Assembly (NCBI GenBank): GCA_965226885.1
Contig: CBDDEL010000013.1
Coordinates: 192,001-256,000, forward strand
Length of the DNA stretch: 64,000 bases
Direction of reading: 5' to 3'
Source: Opitutales bacterium
Lineage (GTDB): Bacteria; Verrucomicrobiota; Verrucomicrobiia; Opitutales; UBA2987
A program made the position numbers and the translations under genes. The notes beneath the pieces are model-generated. The model worked only from the letters and a program-made list of their open reading frames with translations. It was not told the origin of the DNA and searched no databases. Each line of letters starts with the position of its first letter. The stretch's first letter is position 1. Positions 38,266 to 49,405 of the stretch are shown here, piece by piece.

Positions 38266-39605
38266 CTAGGTGGTCGCTGTATTGCTCCTGGCTGACAATG
38301 GTGTTGGCCCATTCGACAGTTTCCTCCCGTGGACTCCATTCCAGAGAGAAAATGACAAATTTTTTCCCGTCCGGGGCTGTGAAATCGTAATAGGCGTTCT
38401 GCAGTTCACCGGGCTCCTTCAACCCGGCCAAAATTCCGCCCTGGCTAGGATCGTTGAGCGGATTGTCGGCGGGGGTGAAGTATTCGTTCAACAAGGTGTT
38501 GCGGGTCGAGGCGTTACCGCTAGGGCCGTAGTCGTGGTTTCCCGTAGCCAGGACATAGGGTATTTGCCCGTCGAGGATGGAGAGACCGCTTTTGGCGCGT
38601 ACCCATTGGATACCGCCGTCGTCGTCGTTATCATCGGTTATGTCGCCCTCTTGCAGGGCGATGACGATATTGCGCTCCGTTTTGTGGTCTCTGATCCACT
38701 CCATCATGTTGATCAATACCTGGATGAAGACGGCGTCCTGGGTGTATTTCTGAATATCTGGAATGATGACCATAGTCCAGGAGCCGGGCACAAATGCCGG
38801 AACTTCCTCCGGCGGCGGCAATTCGGAAACCTGGTCAATGTTCAGTGGAGTGGCTTCACCTGAATAAAGAGCCTCCACCTGAGAAGCGGTCAAGGCCTCG
38901 TCGAATACAGCCATGTCGTCAATGAAACCATCCCAATCCCGCGTCCCGGAGCCGAGTCTGTGATTGCCGATGAAGAACCTGCTCGTTGGCTCCAGATCCG
39001 GCACGTTAGCGGCCAGGGGAGAGGCATCGCGCAATCGGCCATCATGGTAGTATTTTATTATTCGGTCCGTCCGGTTCCAGACCATGGCCACATGATGCCA
39101 CTGCCCGTCATTGACAATGGGACCATTAGTGTTACTCAAGGATCCAGATGGCGAAAGTTCGTAATACCACTCGGCATCCCGGCGATCGTCGTTAAGGCGC
39201 AAGCCGAAGGAAGCGGAGAAAGCGGGCGATGTTTCCCAAATAATATTTCGGAGGTCCGAGCCCGTTGAGGTGATATCTTCAAATTTATACCAGGAAACGA
39301 TGGTGAAAACCTGGGCTCCGTCTGCAAAGACCTCGTTCCCAATAGCTACAAAAGTGCGGTTCCCGTTGCCTGGCCCACTATCCAGTTTCAAGGCCCCCAT
39401 GCCGCGCACGAACTCACCGGATTCCAGAGTGATGCTTGTAAACGGTTCGCCCAGAGGGGTGCCCTCATAAAGGTCGTTGTTTATCTCGCTGGAGTAATCG
39501 GCATCGAACGTCCAGTATGCCGTCAGGCCGGCTTCCGCTGTCAAAGGAAGCAATGAGAAAACAAATAGCAGGCAGGAATTGGTTTTCATACTCATGGATT
39601 CATTT

Positions 39606-40400
39606 TTATGCATTCACCGTTTGCCAGATTTGCAGGCATTTTTCAACCATGGTGGGCAATTCCTCGAGCAGGATCTGGTTGGGGCCGTCGGAGATGGCGT
39701 TTTCCGGATCGGGATGGGTTTCCATAAAAAGACCGTCGGCTCCAGCGGCGAGGGCGGCCTTGGCCAGGGGAAAGACAAATTCCCTTTGACCGCCGGTCTT
39801 GCCTCCACTGGCACCGGGAAGCTGTACGCTGTGGGTGGCGTCGAATATAACGGGTCGGCCAAAAGTTTTTAAAATGGTAAAAGAGCGCATATCCACGACA
39901 AGATTTTGATAGCCGAAGGTCGTCCCGCGCTCGGTCTGCCAGATTTCCCTCGCCCCGCTTTGCCTTATTTTATCGACCACAAAGGACATTTCCGCGGGGG
40001 AAAGAAACTGGCCCTTTTTCACATTAACGACGCGGCCGGTTTGAGCAGCCGCCATCAATAGGTCGGTCTGCCGGCAGAGGAAAGCCGGAATTTGCAAAAC
40101 CTGGCAGACTTCCGCCGCTAATGCCGCCTGGGATGCGGTGTGAACATCGGTCAATAGCGGGAGGCCCGAGTGTTCGCCGATTTTTTTCAAAAGAGCCAGC
40201 CCGGCTTCGATTCCCGGACCCCGCGGGCTGTCCAGTGAAGTGCGGTTCGCTTTGTCATAAGAAGCTTTGAAAATGACTTTGAGGTCTGGGTGCGAAGCCT
40301 GCAAGTTGGCCAAAACCTCTGCCACGGGCAGTGCAATCTCTTCACACTCAAGAGAACAAGGCCCGGCGATGAGGAGGAGCTTGGAGGAGTCGTAAATCAC
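39606..40400 (-). CDS. kdsA: KDO-8-phosphate synthase
   Basis: [41 protein letters not shown]. Confidence 0.97.
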   Translation of the reverse strand: MIYDSSKLLLIAGPCSLECEEIALPVAEVLANLQASHPDLKVIFKASYDKANRTSLDSPRGPGIEAGLALLKKIGEHSGLPLLTDVHTASQAALAAEVCQVLQIPAFLCRQTDLLMAAAQTGRVVNVKKGQFLSPAEMSFVVDKIRQSGAREIWQTERGTTFGYQNLVVDMRSFTILKTFGRPVIFDATHSVQLPGASGGKTGGQREFVFPLAKAALAAGADGLFMETHPDPENAISDGPNQILLEELPTMVEKCLQIWQTVNA

Positions 40401-40427
40401 GGAAAATGAATGGCTACAGCCTGTGCC

Positions 40428-42029
40428 TTAACGTTGGTTTCTGCGCTCCAGGGCGGCTGCCACAAATCCTTCAAAGAGAGGATGGGCCTGGCGGGGTTTC
40501 GATTGAAATTCAGGGTGAAATTGAACGCCGACAAACCAAGTGTGATCGGTAATCTCCATAATTTCCACGAGATTGCGCTTCGGATTAACCCCGGCCACCC
40601 TGAAACCCGCTTCCTCGAATTGCTCCATGTATTGGTTATTAAATTCAAATCGATGCCGGTGGCGCTCACGGATGACATCCGCCCCATAGTTCTTTTGCGT
40701 TAGAGTGCCGGCAACCAGTTTGCATTTGTATGAACCCAGTCGCATGGTGGCGCCCTTTTCGGTCAGCTGTTTCTGGTCCTCCATGATGTCGATGACCCGT
40801 TCAACGGCCTCCTCGTCGAACTCCGTGCTGTTGGCCCCTTCGATTTGCAGCACATTTCTGGCATATTCGATGATCGCCACCTGCAAGCCCAGGCAGAGGC
40901 CGAAATAAGGTATCCCGTTTTCGCGCGCGATTTGCGCGGCATCTATCATTCCTGGTATCCCCCTTCTGCCGAAACCACCCGGCACACAAATGCCATCCAG
41001 TTCCAGCAGCCGCTTGTGGCCGTCCCCTTCCTCAAGGAATTCCGAATTGATGCGGTGGATATTGACATGGCAGTCGTTGGCGATTCCGCCGTGGGTGAGC
41101 GACTCGTAAACCGATTTGTAGGCATCCTGTAGCTCAATGTATTTGCCGACCACTCCAATATCCACCCGATGGGCGGGAAACTTTAGGCGGCGGACGACAT
41201 TTTCCCAACCGTTTTCCTCCACTTTTTGAGTGCCCAGTGAGAGCATATCATTGACCAGCCCGTCGAGATTTTCCTGCTGGAGCATGAGGGGCAGTTCATA
41301 GATGGAGGTCTCCACATCCATTTCCTCGATGACCGCTTTCAGTTCCACATTGCAAAAAAGGCTCAATTTTTGGCGTAATTCCAGGTTGAGAGGTTTATCC
41401 GAGCGGCAAACCAGGATGTCGGGCTGGATGCCGATTTCCCGCAGTTTGGCCACGCTTTGCTGGGAAGGTTTGGTTTTCAGTTCCCCTGCCGCGATCAGGT
41501 AGGGAATAAGCGTGCAATGGATAAAAAGCACGTTCTCCTTGCCCACATCGAGGCGAAACTGCCGCATCGCTTCGAGAAAAGGCAAGCCCTCGATATCGCC
41601 CACCGTTCCGCCGAGTTCCGTGACCAGCACATCGATATCATCACCCACAGAATAGAGACGGTTTTTAATTTCATTGGTGACATGAGGAATGACCTGCACC
41701 GTTTGCCCCAGATAGTCGCCCCGGCGCTCCTTGGTGATAACGGTCTCGTAAACCTGGCCCGAGGTGAGATTGTTTTTGCGCGAAAGTTTGCCCGAGGTAT
41801 AACGCTCATAATGGCCCAGGTCCAGATCGGTCTCGGCCCCATCGTCGAGCACATAGACTTCCCCGTGCTGAAAAGGATTCATGGTGCCCGGATCGACGTT
41901 TAAATACGGGTCGAATTTTTGCAGCATGATGCGCAAGCCCCGCTGTTCGAGCAACGCCCCCAAGGCGGCCGTGGTCAATCCTTTGCCCAGGGATGAAACC
42001 ACCCCTCCGGTAATAAAAATATACTTCAT
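40428..42029 (-). CDS. pyrG: CTP synthase
   Basis: [39 protein letters not shown]. Confidence 0.98.
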   Translation of the reverse strand: MKYIFITGGVVSSLGKGLTTAALGALLEQRGLRIMLQKFDPYLNVDPGTMNPFQHGEVYVLDDGAETDLDLGHYERYTSGKLSRKNNLTSGQVYETVITKERRGDYLGQTVQVIPHVTNEIKNRLYSVGDDIDVLVTELGGTVGDIEGLPFLEAMRQFRLDVGKENVLFIHCTLIPYLIAAGELKTKPSQQSVAKLREIGIQPDILVCRSDKPLNLELRQKLSLFCNVELKAVIEEMDVETSIYELPLMLQQENLDGLVNDMLSLGTQKVEENGWENVVRRLKFPAHRVDIGVVGKYIELQDAYKSVYESLTHGGIANDCHVNIHRINSEFLEEGDGHKRLLELDGICVPGGFGRRGIPGMIDAAQIARENGIPYFGLCLGLQVAIIEYARNVLQIEGANSTEFDEEAVERVIDIMEDQKQLTEKGATMRLGSYKCKLVAGTLTQKNYGADVIRERHRHRFEFNNQYMEQFEEAGFRVAGVNPKRNLVEIMEITDHTWFVGVQFHPEFQSKPRQAHPLFEGFVAAALERRNQR

Positions 42030-42280
42030 CTGATAAAAATGTGAAAATGTGTCCCGGCCATTCCGGGTTAAAGAACCTGATAAGTGCAGGCAGCGGCGAG
42101 TCCCGGTCAAAAGCCATTAAAAGTCAACCCAAAGGACGGTCAATGCAATAGAAGGAAAGATTGTCTCCTCATCAAGGCAAAGATAAACCTTGCTTGTTAA
42201 CCGTTAATTTACATGCACATCCTTTCGGCTAATAATATTTTCTCCCATCCAGAGAAGCAATCCCTTCGGGCAATTATTAC

Positions 42281-43734
42281 TCAAAGGGATGTTTCCGGAA
42301 TGGGCGGAGGGCCATCAGGAATGTAAGGCTGGTAGATATGCCCGTCTCTTTTTTCTTCGAACTCCGATTTAATAGCCTCCCGCAGTTCCGCGTCTGCAAA
42401 CAAATCGACCATGGAAATGGCCAGCGCTTTGGCCGCGTAGAGCATACCCTTATGGCCGATGGAATGTCTGCCGCAGGCGCCACCGGCCAGGCATGCCAGG
42501 GCGATTTTTCCGGTGCCGTGGTGACTGTCAGTTGCAAAGCGGGGACTTTCCAGCTAACGTCGGCTACATCGGTTGGACCGCCGGGTGGATCCTCCTTTGG
42601 TTCTTCGAGAGGTTGCACCTCGCCCAGGAGGCCGGTTTCCTCAATGCCTACTGCGCGTTGGATGGCTCGGGCAAATTCCTGTTCTTCCTCGGTGTATTCA
42701 ATCGGCCCAAGCCATTGCAGGTTTTTATAAATCATCTTTTCGCCCGTCATGTTGACGAGCATTTCGTAGTCCCCCGAAATGATTGAGAGATTGGTTTCAA
42801 CTCCGGCCATGAGGCCCGCCCCCTCTGCAATAGCGCGCACCCGGCTGAGCACATCTTCCACCCCGTCCCGGTGGGAATCCCGTACCCAGCACCACAATTT
42901 GGCATATTCCGGAACAACATTCGGCACGTCGCCGCCTTTTGTAATGGCGTAGTGGATGCGCACCGAGGGTTTCACGTGCTCCCGCAGCATATTGATTCCA
43001 TGGGTGAAAAGCTCGAGCCCATCGACTGCGCTGCGGCCATTCCAGGGGTCATAGGCGGCATGGGAGGCTTGACCATGAAATTCGACGATAAAATCGACGA
43101 GCGCCTGGGAGCTTTGCACATCCGCCTTGATTTCATCATTAGGATGCCAGGAGAGGCAGACATTGAGGTCGTCAAAAAGGCTTTCGCGTGTCATGTAAAT
43201 TTTGCCGCCCACTGATTCCTCCGCCGGGGTGCCGTAGAAACGAACGGTCCCGGTGAGTTTTCCCTGAGCGATCAGTTCCTTTATTGCGAGAGCCGCCCCC
43301 AGGCTTCCCGCGCCCAATAAATTGTGCCCGCATCCATGACCGGCCGCTCCCGGCTCGTAAGCTTCTTTTACTGTCGAGGGTTTTTGGGAAAGTCCCGGTA
43401 AGGCATCGTATTCGCCCAGAACGCCAATGATGGGCGAACCTTTGCCATAACTGGCCACAAATGCGGTCGGCATCCCGGCCACGCCGCGTTCGACCTCAAA
43501 ACCCGCCTGCTCCGCATAATCGGCCAGCGCCTGGGAGGATTGAGTCTCCTTCAATGCAGTCTCGGCATAGGCCCAGATACGATCGCTCAAATCAATGAGG
43601 GCCTCGCGGTGTTTTTCGACCTCCGCGATTGCTTCTTTTTTTTTATCTTCGTTCGCCGCCACGGTGTGCAGGGGCAATGTCCCCATCATAGACAGAATGG
43701 CCGTCACAATCCGATGTTTAATCTTCATAATCAA
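42281..43734 (-). pseudogene. M20 amidohydrolase (AbgB-like), frameshifted near the 3' end
   Basis: EYDALPG, GHGCGHN, GTPAEE, WHP, TDVADVSW; 1-bp loss at about 42480, after which the shifted frame reads ACGRHSIGHKGMLYAAKALA...PDGPPPIP. Confidence 0.8.
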
Positions 43735-43755
43735 TCTACCAATATTTAGAATTGA

Positions 43756-44706
43756 TTATCGGTTTAGAAAATTATCAATTTCCTCTTTGTGGGGCATGGA
43801 GGGGGCGGTGCCGGGCTTGGTTACTGAGAGGGCGGCGACGGCGTTGGCGTAGGAGGCTGCGCGCAATAAATCGTTGTCGAACTGTACCATACCCGAAGCG
43901 AATCCCCCCACGAAAGCGTCTCCGGCTCCGGTTGTGTCCACGACTTCAATCCCTTGGCAGCCGGGCAGGGTTTTGCCGCTCTCGGGCGTGGAAACAAAAC
44001 AGCCTTTGCTCCCAAGAGTGAGAATGACTGTGGCCGTTCCGGCGCTCCGGCACAGATTTTGTAGCTCATTCTCCGTTAGATCGTCAATATGGGCCGTTTG
44101 AAATTTTCCCATCGCTTGTGGGTGGATCGATTTAATGAGTTCGGCAAATTCCGTTTCATTAGGTATCAGGATATCGACATCTTTGAGGTATTCGGAGCGA
44201 AAGTCCGCTATCATGGGGGCGGGGTTGAAAACCGTGACAGCCCCAACAGCGCGAGCCCGCCGCAACACCTCACGGGTCGTGCCCAAATCTATTTCGTTCT
44301 GACAAACCACGATTCGAGCGCCGGCCAGGGTCTCCTCCCGGACATCCTCCGATTTGAAAGCCAGGTTGGCCCCGAGCGCCACGATGATTTCGTTTTCACC
44401 GTTTGAGGAAACAAAGATGCCGGCATTGCCAGTTGGGATGTCGTCATATTCGACGAGCTGGAAGTCAATGCCTTCTTCCTTATAGAACCGTTTGACCCCT
44501 GCGCCGAAAACATCCTTGCCGACGGCTCCGACAAATGTGGTGCCGGTCCCGGTTCTGGCCGTTGCTACTGCCTGGTTGGAGCCTTTGCCGCCAGGGCCTG
44601 TCGCAAAGGAGCCGAAAATGGTCTCTCCCGGCTGCGGAAAATCATTGCAATACCAGGTCAAGTCCTGATTAAAACTGCCTACGATTACGATGGGATTATT
44701 TTTCAT
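43756..44706 (-). CDS. rbsK: Ribokinase
   Basis: GGKGSNQA, NPAP, PNETE, DTTGAGDAFVG. Confidence 0.92.
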   Translation of the reverse strand: MKNNPIVIVGSFNQDLTWYCNDFPQPGETIFGSFATGPGGKGSNQAVATARTGTGTTFVGAVGKDVFGAGVKRFYKEEGIDFQLVEYDDIPTGNAGIFVSSNGENEIIVALGANLAFKSEDVREETLAGARIVVCQNEIDLGTTREVLRRARAVGAVTVFNPAPMIADFRSEYLKDVDILIPNETEFAELIKSIHPQAMGKFQTAHIDDLTENELQNLCRSAGTATVILTLGSKGCFVSTPESGKTLPGCQGIEVVDTTGAGDAFVGGFASGMVQFDNDLLRAASYANAVAALSVTKPGTAPSMPHKEEIDNFLNR

Positions 44707-44849
44707 CAGTTGTGGTTTGGTATTAAAAAAAGGCCATTAAAACCGGTTGTTAGCCGGACGGATGGGGCTACACTGCCATAAGCTGGTTTTACTTGCAATA
44801 GTCCCTCGCGGGCAAGTAATTTTTAGATGACGGTTTTTCCCGAATTATC

Positions 44850-45467
44850 ATGTCCCTACACGTATTAAATCACCCTGTATCCAATCATATCCTCAGTTTG
44901 TTGAGAGATGAAAACACAGGCTCGGCTCAATTTCGAACCTTGAGCCGGCAAGTGACCTCTCTTCTGGTCATGGAAGCTACCAGGGATTTGCCCAGCATAC
45001 CGGTGGAAGTGAAAACACCGATGGAAACGGCCCAATGTCGAAAACTGGCCGGAACGGTGGTGGTGGTGGCAATTGTGCGGGCCGGAATGAGTATGGTGGA
45101 CACCATTGTCGATCTGTTGCCTTCCGTTGCGGTCGGATTTGTGGGCATGGAGCGGGACGAGGAAACGGCCCAGGCCCACAGCTATTATTGCAAGCTGCCA
45201 CCCATGGAAAACCGGCGCGTATTGGTGGTCGATCCCATGCTGGCAACCGGAGGTTCCGCCGAGCACGTCATACGTATGGTTTACGAGCAAGGGGCGACCG
45301 ACGTGAATTTCCTCAATATCGTGGCGGCTCCGGAGGGGGTCGAAGTTTTGCAAAACAAGTTTCCTGACCTCATCATATATACCGCCGCCCTGGATCGTGA
45401 GTTAAATGAAAAGAAGTATATCCTGCCGGGGTTGGGCGATTTCGGCGACCGCCTTTACGGCACCTGA
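44850..45467 (+). CDS. upp: Uracil phosphoribosyltransferase
   Basis: IVRAG, VVDPMLATGGS, YILPGLGDFGDRLYGT. Confidence 0.97.
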   Translation: MSLHVLNHPVSNHILSLLRDENTGSAQFRTLSRQVTSLLVMEATRDLPSIPVEVKTPMETAQCRKLAGTVVVVAIVRAGMSMVDTIVDLLPSVAVGFVGMERDEETAQAHSYYCKLPPMENRRVLVVDPMLATGGSAEHVIRMVYEQGATDVNFLNIVAAPEGVEVLQNKFPDLIIYTAALDRELNEKKYILPGLGDFGDRLYGT

Positions 45468-45586
45468 TCGGCCATGCCGAATTTTTTGCCCAAACCTGTT
45501 CGGGGGAACTTCCATGGACAGGCGGGGTATTAAAATAATGCAATCCGTGGCGGAAAGGATTTTGCTGTTGGACCGTCTTATTACTA

Positions 45587-46546
45587 ATGCTTATTAAAAT
45601 ACCTGAAAACTGGCATTTGCCAGAATCTGCGGTCACCCCGGAGGAGGCATTTCACCACCGCAGGAAGTTTTTGAAGACTATGGGGGTGGGGCTGGCCGCG
45701 GCCTCTCTGAACTCTTCCGTTTTGACAGGAGCGACGGCTGGATTTCCGGCCAAACTAAATCCCAGATTCAAGGGATCGGGACTAGAGTCTACCGCCTATG
45801 AATATGTGGCCAGCTACAATAATTTTTATGAATTCACGACGGACAAGGCAGATGTCAAAACATTGGCCAACCAGGGTTGGAAAACGGAACCGTGGACCCT
45901 TCAAGTGGGCGGCCTGGTCGAAAATCCTTTCGAAATCGATGTCAATGAGCTGATTGTGAAAATGGGCGGTATTGAGGAGCGTATCTACCGCCTTCGTTGT
46001 GTCGAGGCTTGGTCCATGGTTGTGCCCTGGGACGGGTTTCCTTTTCTGAAACTGATCAAGCTGGCGCAGCCCAAAGAAACTGCCCGTTTTGTCAAATTTA
46101 CCACTTTTCTCGATCCCCAGGCAGCTCCCGGCCAGCGCCGGCCGACCATCGATTGGCCCTATGTGGAGGCGCTAACTCTGGAGGAAGCATCGCATCCTCT
46201 CACTTTTCTGGCTACTGGCGTTTACGGAAAACCGATGCCCAACCAGAACGGCGCCCCGATTCGGCTGGTAGTTCCCTGGAAATATGGATTCAAGAGCATC
46301 AAATCGATTGTTAAAATCGAGTTTACCCGCAGCCGTCCCCGCAATACCTGGCAATTGCTGGCCCCGCAGGAATATGGTTTCTATGCCAATGTAAACCCGG
46401 AGGTCGATCACCCGCGATGGTCGCAGGCATCGGAAAGAATCATCGGGGGCGGTTTTTTCGCCCGGCAGCCAACGCTTCCCTTTAACGGCTACGAAAAAGA
46501 GGTCGCCCAGCTTTATAAGGGCCTCAACCTGCGCCTGCACTTTTGA
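45587..46546 (+). CDS. msrP: Protein-methionine-sulfoxide reductase catalytic subunit
   Basis: Tat motif RRKFLK; YNNFYEF, RCVEAWSM, PWKYGFKSIK, HPRWSQASER. Confidence 0.95.
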   Translation: MLIKIPENWHLPESAVTPEEAFHHRRKFLKTMGVGLAAASLNSSVLTGATAGFPAKLNPRFKGSGLESTAYEYVASYNNFYEFTTDKADVKTLANQGWKTEPWTLQVGGLVENPFEIDVNELIVKMGGIEERIYRLRCVEAWSMVVPWDGFPFLKLIKLAQPKETARFVKFTTFLDPQAAPGQRRPTIDWPYVEALTLEEASHPLTFLATGVYGKPMPNQNGAPIRLVVPWKYGFKSIKSIVKIEFTRSRPRNTWQLLAPQEYGFYANVNPEVDHPRWSQASERIIGGGFFARQPTLPFNGYEKEVAQLYKGLNLRLHF

Positions 46547-46566
46547 TTCCCTTTCCAGCCGTTCCC

Positions 46567-47190
46567 ATGCGCTATCTAATAAAACTGCTCATTTGGGCGG
46601 CGATTTTAGGGGCGGGGCTCTACCCGGCATATCCACTATTAAAGGCCGATCCTTCCGTTTTAGCCGATCCCGCCAAGCACTTGCTGGAATACTATGGCAA
46701 AACGGCCACTCTGTTTCTGATCGTGGTCCTGACCCTCAGTCCGCTGAGTATTCTTTTTCCAAAATTTCCGCCAGTGCGTCATTTCAATCGCTACCGCCGA
46801 CTGATAGGCGTCAGCTCATTTTTCTTCGCCCTGGTTCATTTTGGCTTTTACCTGGTTTACACAAGCGGATCGGGCGCATTTTTTGAAGATATTGGAAAGC
46901 CGTTCCTGTTATCTGGCGCGACGGCTTTTTTCCTCTTATCAGTTCTTGCCCTGACCAGCACGAATTGGGCAGTGCGTAAAATGGGGGGAAGAAAATGGAA
47001 ACGACTTCACCGTATAGTCTACCTTGCGGCTTTTTTCATCATTTTCCATCAAGCCTTGCAGGAAAAGACGGGAACCGTGCAAACGGTTTATTTTTTCGCA
47101 CCCCTGGCGATATTACAATTGTTTCGCCTGGGACGAATATTTTTTTGGCCGCCTATAATTGCCCGGAAGTCATCAAAAAGTATGCGTTAA
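46567..47190 (+). CDS. msrQ: Heme-binding membrane subunit MsrQ
   Basis: RRLIG, LALTS, WKRLHRIVY; follows msrP. Confidence 0.9.
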   Translation: MRYLIKLLIWAAILGAGLYPAYPLLKADPSVLADPAKHLLEYYGKTATLFLIVVLTLSPLSILFPKFPPVRHFNRYRRLIGVSSFFFALVHFGFYLVYTSGSGAFFEDIGKPFLLSGATAFFLLSVLALTSTNWAVRKMGGRKWKRLHRIVYLAAFFIIFHQALQEKTGTVQTVYFFAPLAILQLFRLGRIFFWPPIIARKSSKSMR

Positions 47191-47381
47191 CGAGTTACTT
47201 TTATCAAACGGCACTTTGCTCTGAGGTTCATCTCCAGTCTTGACCTCAAGTGGATTGACGCCATTTTAGCTTGTTTGCCTTTTTTCTTCCGGACTCAATG
47301 AACCCTTTCCATTCGAACAAAGAACTGAATGTTTTGCGTTGTGGATGAATTTTTGCTTTTCTGTATCGAATACTTTTTGCT

Positions 47382-48848
47382 GTGAAAATACTCATGATAG
47401 CCTCCGAGGTCGCTCCCTTCATTAAGGTGGGAGGACTGGCCGATGTCGTTGGCGCTTTGCCCAAAGAACTGGCTGCTCTGGGGCATGAAGTCCGACTGGT
47501 TTGCCCGAAATATTCCGGGATCCGGGATATTGGCAAATGGGTACCCTACAATATTCCGTTATCGGTTAATCTCAATAATAAGAACCTGCTGTGCCAAATC
47601 TGGGAGAATCGCCTGCCCGATTCGGAGGTGGAGGCCTATTTTCTCGAATATAACGAGTTTTACGATCGGCCCGATGTTTACGGAAATTCCGGCGTTGGTC
47701 CTCGCGATGATGATCGGAGGTTTATCTTTCTGTCTCGGGCTGCCTTGAATTTGTGCTACTATTTGGGGTGGATGCCCGACGTCATTCATTGCCACGATTG
47801 GCCGACCGCGCTGGTCCCGGTTTTCTTGAACACCAACGATTATTATGAACCCTTGGGAAAAGCGGCCAGCGTTTTGACTATCCACAACCTGGAACACCAA
47901 GGGCATTTCCCGTATGAGTGCATTAAGTATGCCCAATTGCCCGATTCGGTTTACCGGCCGGATGGCCTCGAATCTATGGGTAATGTAAATTTTCTCAAGG
48001 GCGGGATCTACAACGCTACCAAGATCACCACCGTAAGCCCACAATATGCCCGTGAAATCCTGGAACATTCCAATGGGCACGGTTTGCACCATATTCTCAA
48101 ATTCAGGGCAGCCGATCTAATTGGAGAAATCAACGGGATCGACACAGGCATTTGGAATCCGAAAAGGGACTCCCTGCTTCCCGCCCGCTATTCGGTTACC
48201 AACAGAAAAGGCAAGGCGGCTTGCAAAACCGAATTGCAAAAGGAAATGGCTCTAGAGGTTAAGGGCGAAAATCCATTATTCGGAGTGGTCTCCCGGCTCT
48301 ACCGCCAGAAGGGTCTAGATTTGCTCGCCAAAGCGGTTCCCGGGATTATGGAAACCACCGACGCTCAAGTCGTGCTGTTGGGGATCGGCGACAAGAAAAG
48401 TGAGAAAGCATTCAAAAAACTGGCCAAAAAATATCCGGACAGGGTGGGGATTAAAATCGGTTTCAGCAACCAATTGGCCCACAGAATTTATGCCGGTTCG
48501 GACTTTTTTATCATGCCGAGCCGATTTGAACCCTGCGGGTTGAGTCAGATGTATGCCATGAGATACGGGACGCCGCCAATTGCCCGAGCCACCGGCGGAT
48601 TAATCGACACCATCGTTCCCCATGAAACTGGAAACAAGTCCGCCACCGGATTAATGTTTACCCGTGCGACTCCGGAAGAACTTGGCGCCACTGTGGAAGA
48701 AGCGGCCTCCCTTTACAAAGAAAAGCCGACAGAATACCGCCGTATGCAATCAAACGGCATGAAAAAAGATTTTTCCTGGAAAAAGCCCGCCAGCGCTTAT
48801 GAAAATATATACCGGTGGGCAGTGGAAGCGCGCAAACAGGCGCATTAA
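47382..48848 (+). CDS. glgA: Glycogen synthase
   Basis: KVGGLADV, HCHDW, TIHNL, NGID, PSRFEPCGL. Confidence 0.95.
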   Translation: MKILMIASEVAPFIKVGGLADVVGALPKELAALGHEVRLVCPKYSGIRDIGKWVPYNIPLSVNLNNKNLLCQIWENRLPDSEVEAYFLEYNEFYDRPDVYGNSGVGPRDDDRRFIFLSRAALNLCYYLGWMPDVIHCHDWPTALVPVFLNTNDYYEPLGKAASVLTIHNLEHQGHFPYECIKYAQLPDSVYRPDGLESMGNVNFLKGGIYNATKITTVSPQYAREILEHSNGHGLHHILKFRAADLIGEINGIDTGIWNPKRDSLLPARYSVTNRKGKAACKTELQKEMALEVKGENPLFGVVSRLYRQKGLDLLAKAVPGIMETTDAQVVLLGIGDKKSEKAFKKLAKKYPDRVGIKIGFSNQLAHRIYAGSDFFIMPSRFEPCGLSQMYAMRYGTPPIARATGGLIDTIVPHETGNKSATGLMFTRATPEELGATVEEAASLYKEKPTEYRRMQSNGMKKDFSWKKPASAYENIYRWAVEARKQAH

Positions 48849-48989
48849 CCGCACTGGTTTTAACCCGCATTTTGGGATGGATTTGAAACAGGATGCAGGT
48901 TTCAGGATTGGAAATTAGGGATGCTGTTGTCTATAGATATTTGTCATTTCGAGTTCTAACACCCGAACCCTGTTTCCCTCATCAGCTCG

Positions 48990-49290
48990 AATCATTTAAA
49001 TTTATAACTAAAAATAAAAAATCACAATTATTAGAATTAACAATTTTTTTACAATGATATTACAATTTTTTTATATAATTGGTAAATGTGACTGTTGTAT
49101 AATGACTTATATAAATAAATGTTTACATTTTATTAACTGAAAAGAGGTATTTATGAATTGCTTTTTAGGGTATTATGCCTATGCTTCTTATAAAGTTTAA
49201 TACTCATAAAATTAATGCTTGTCAGTATTAACAGGAGAAAATTTCTATATAATAATCGATTTTTAAATGAGTTTAACAAAGTATAAATTT
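48990..49290. promoter_or_regulatory. Very AT-rich non-coding region with 11-bp-phased ACAAT repeats and TATAAT hexamers
   Basis: acaat at 49040, 49051 and 49062; TATAAT at about 49074, 49098 and 49248. Confidence 0.5.
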
Positions 49291-49405
49291 ATTCGTGTTG
49301 GAGTCGAAGATAATTTTCTACCGGGGGGTAGAAAACAAGTTTCCTGCGGTCAACCCTTGTGGAAGATCGAGGAAAACCACAAGTGGTGGTAACCATGGCC
49401 ACTAG

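Larger units (their letters stand above)
35973..39613 (-). pseudogene. Secreted LamG-like plus metallophosphoesterase protein with aromatic C-terminal domain, interrupted by IS1380
   Basis: Removing the IS and one CTAG restores ...DHLA/VLLTHAY... (~709 aa); DGQWHHVA and GFIDDMA (LamG); PDIQ, GDITD, GNHD, THAY, GH (calcineurin-like). Confidence 0.88.

Noticed and set aside
48990..49290. Replication origin
   Set aside because: No DnaA-box cluster seen and no dnaA/gidA context.
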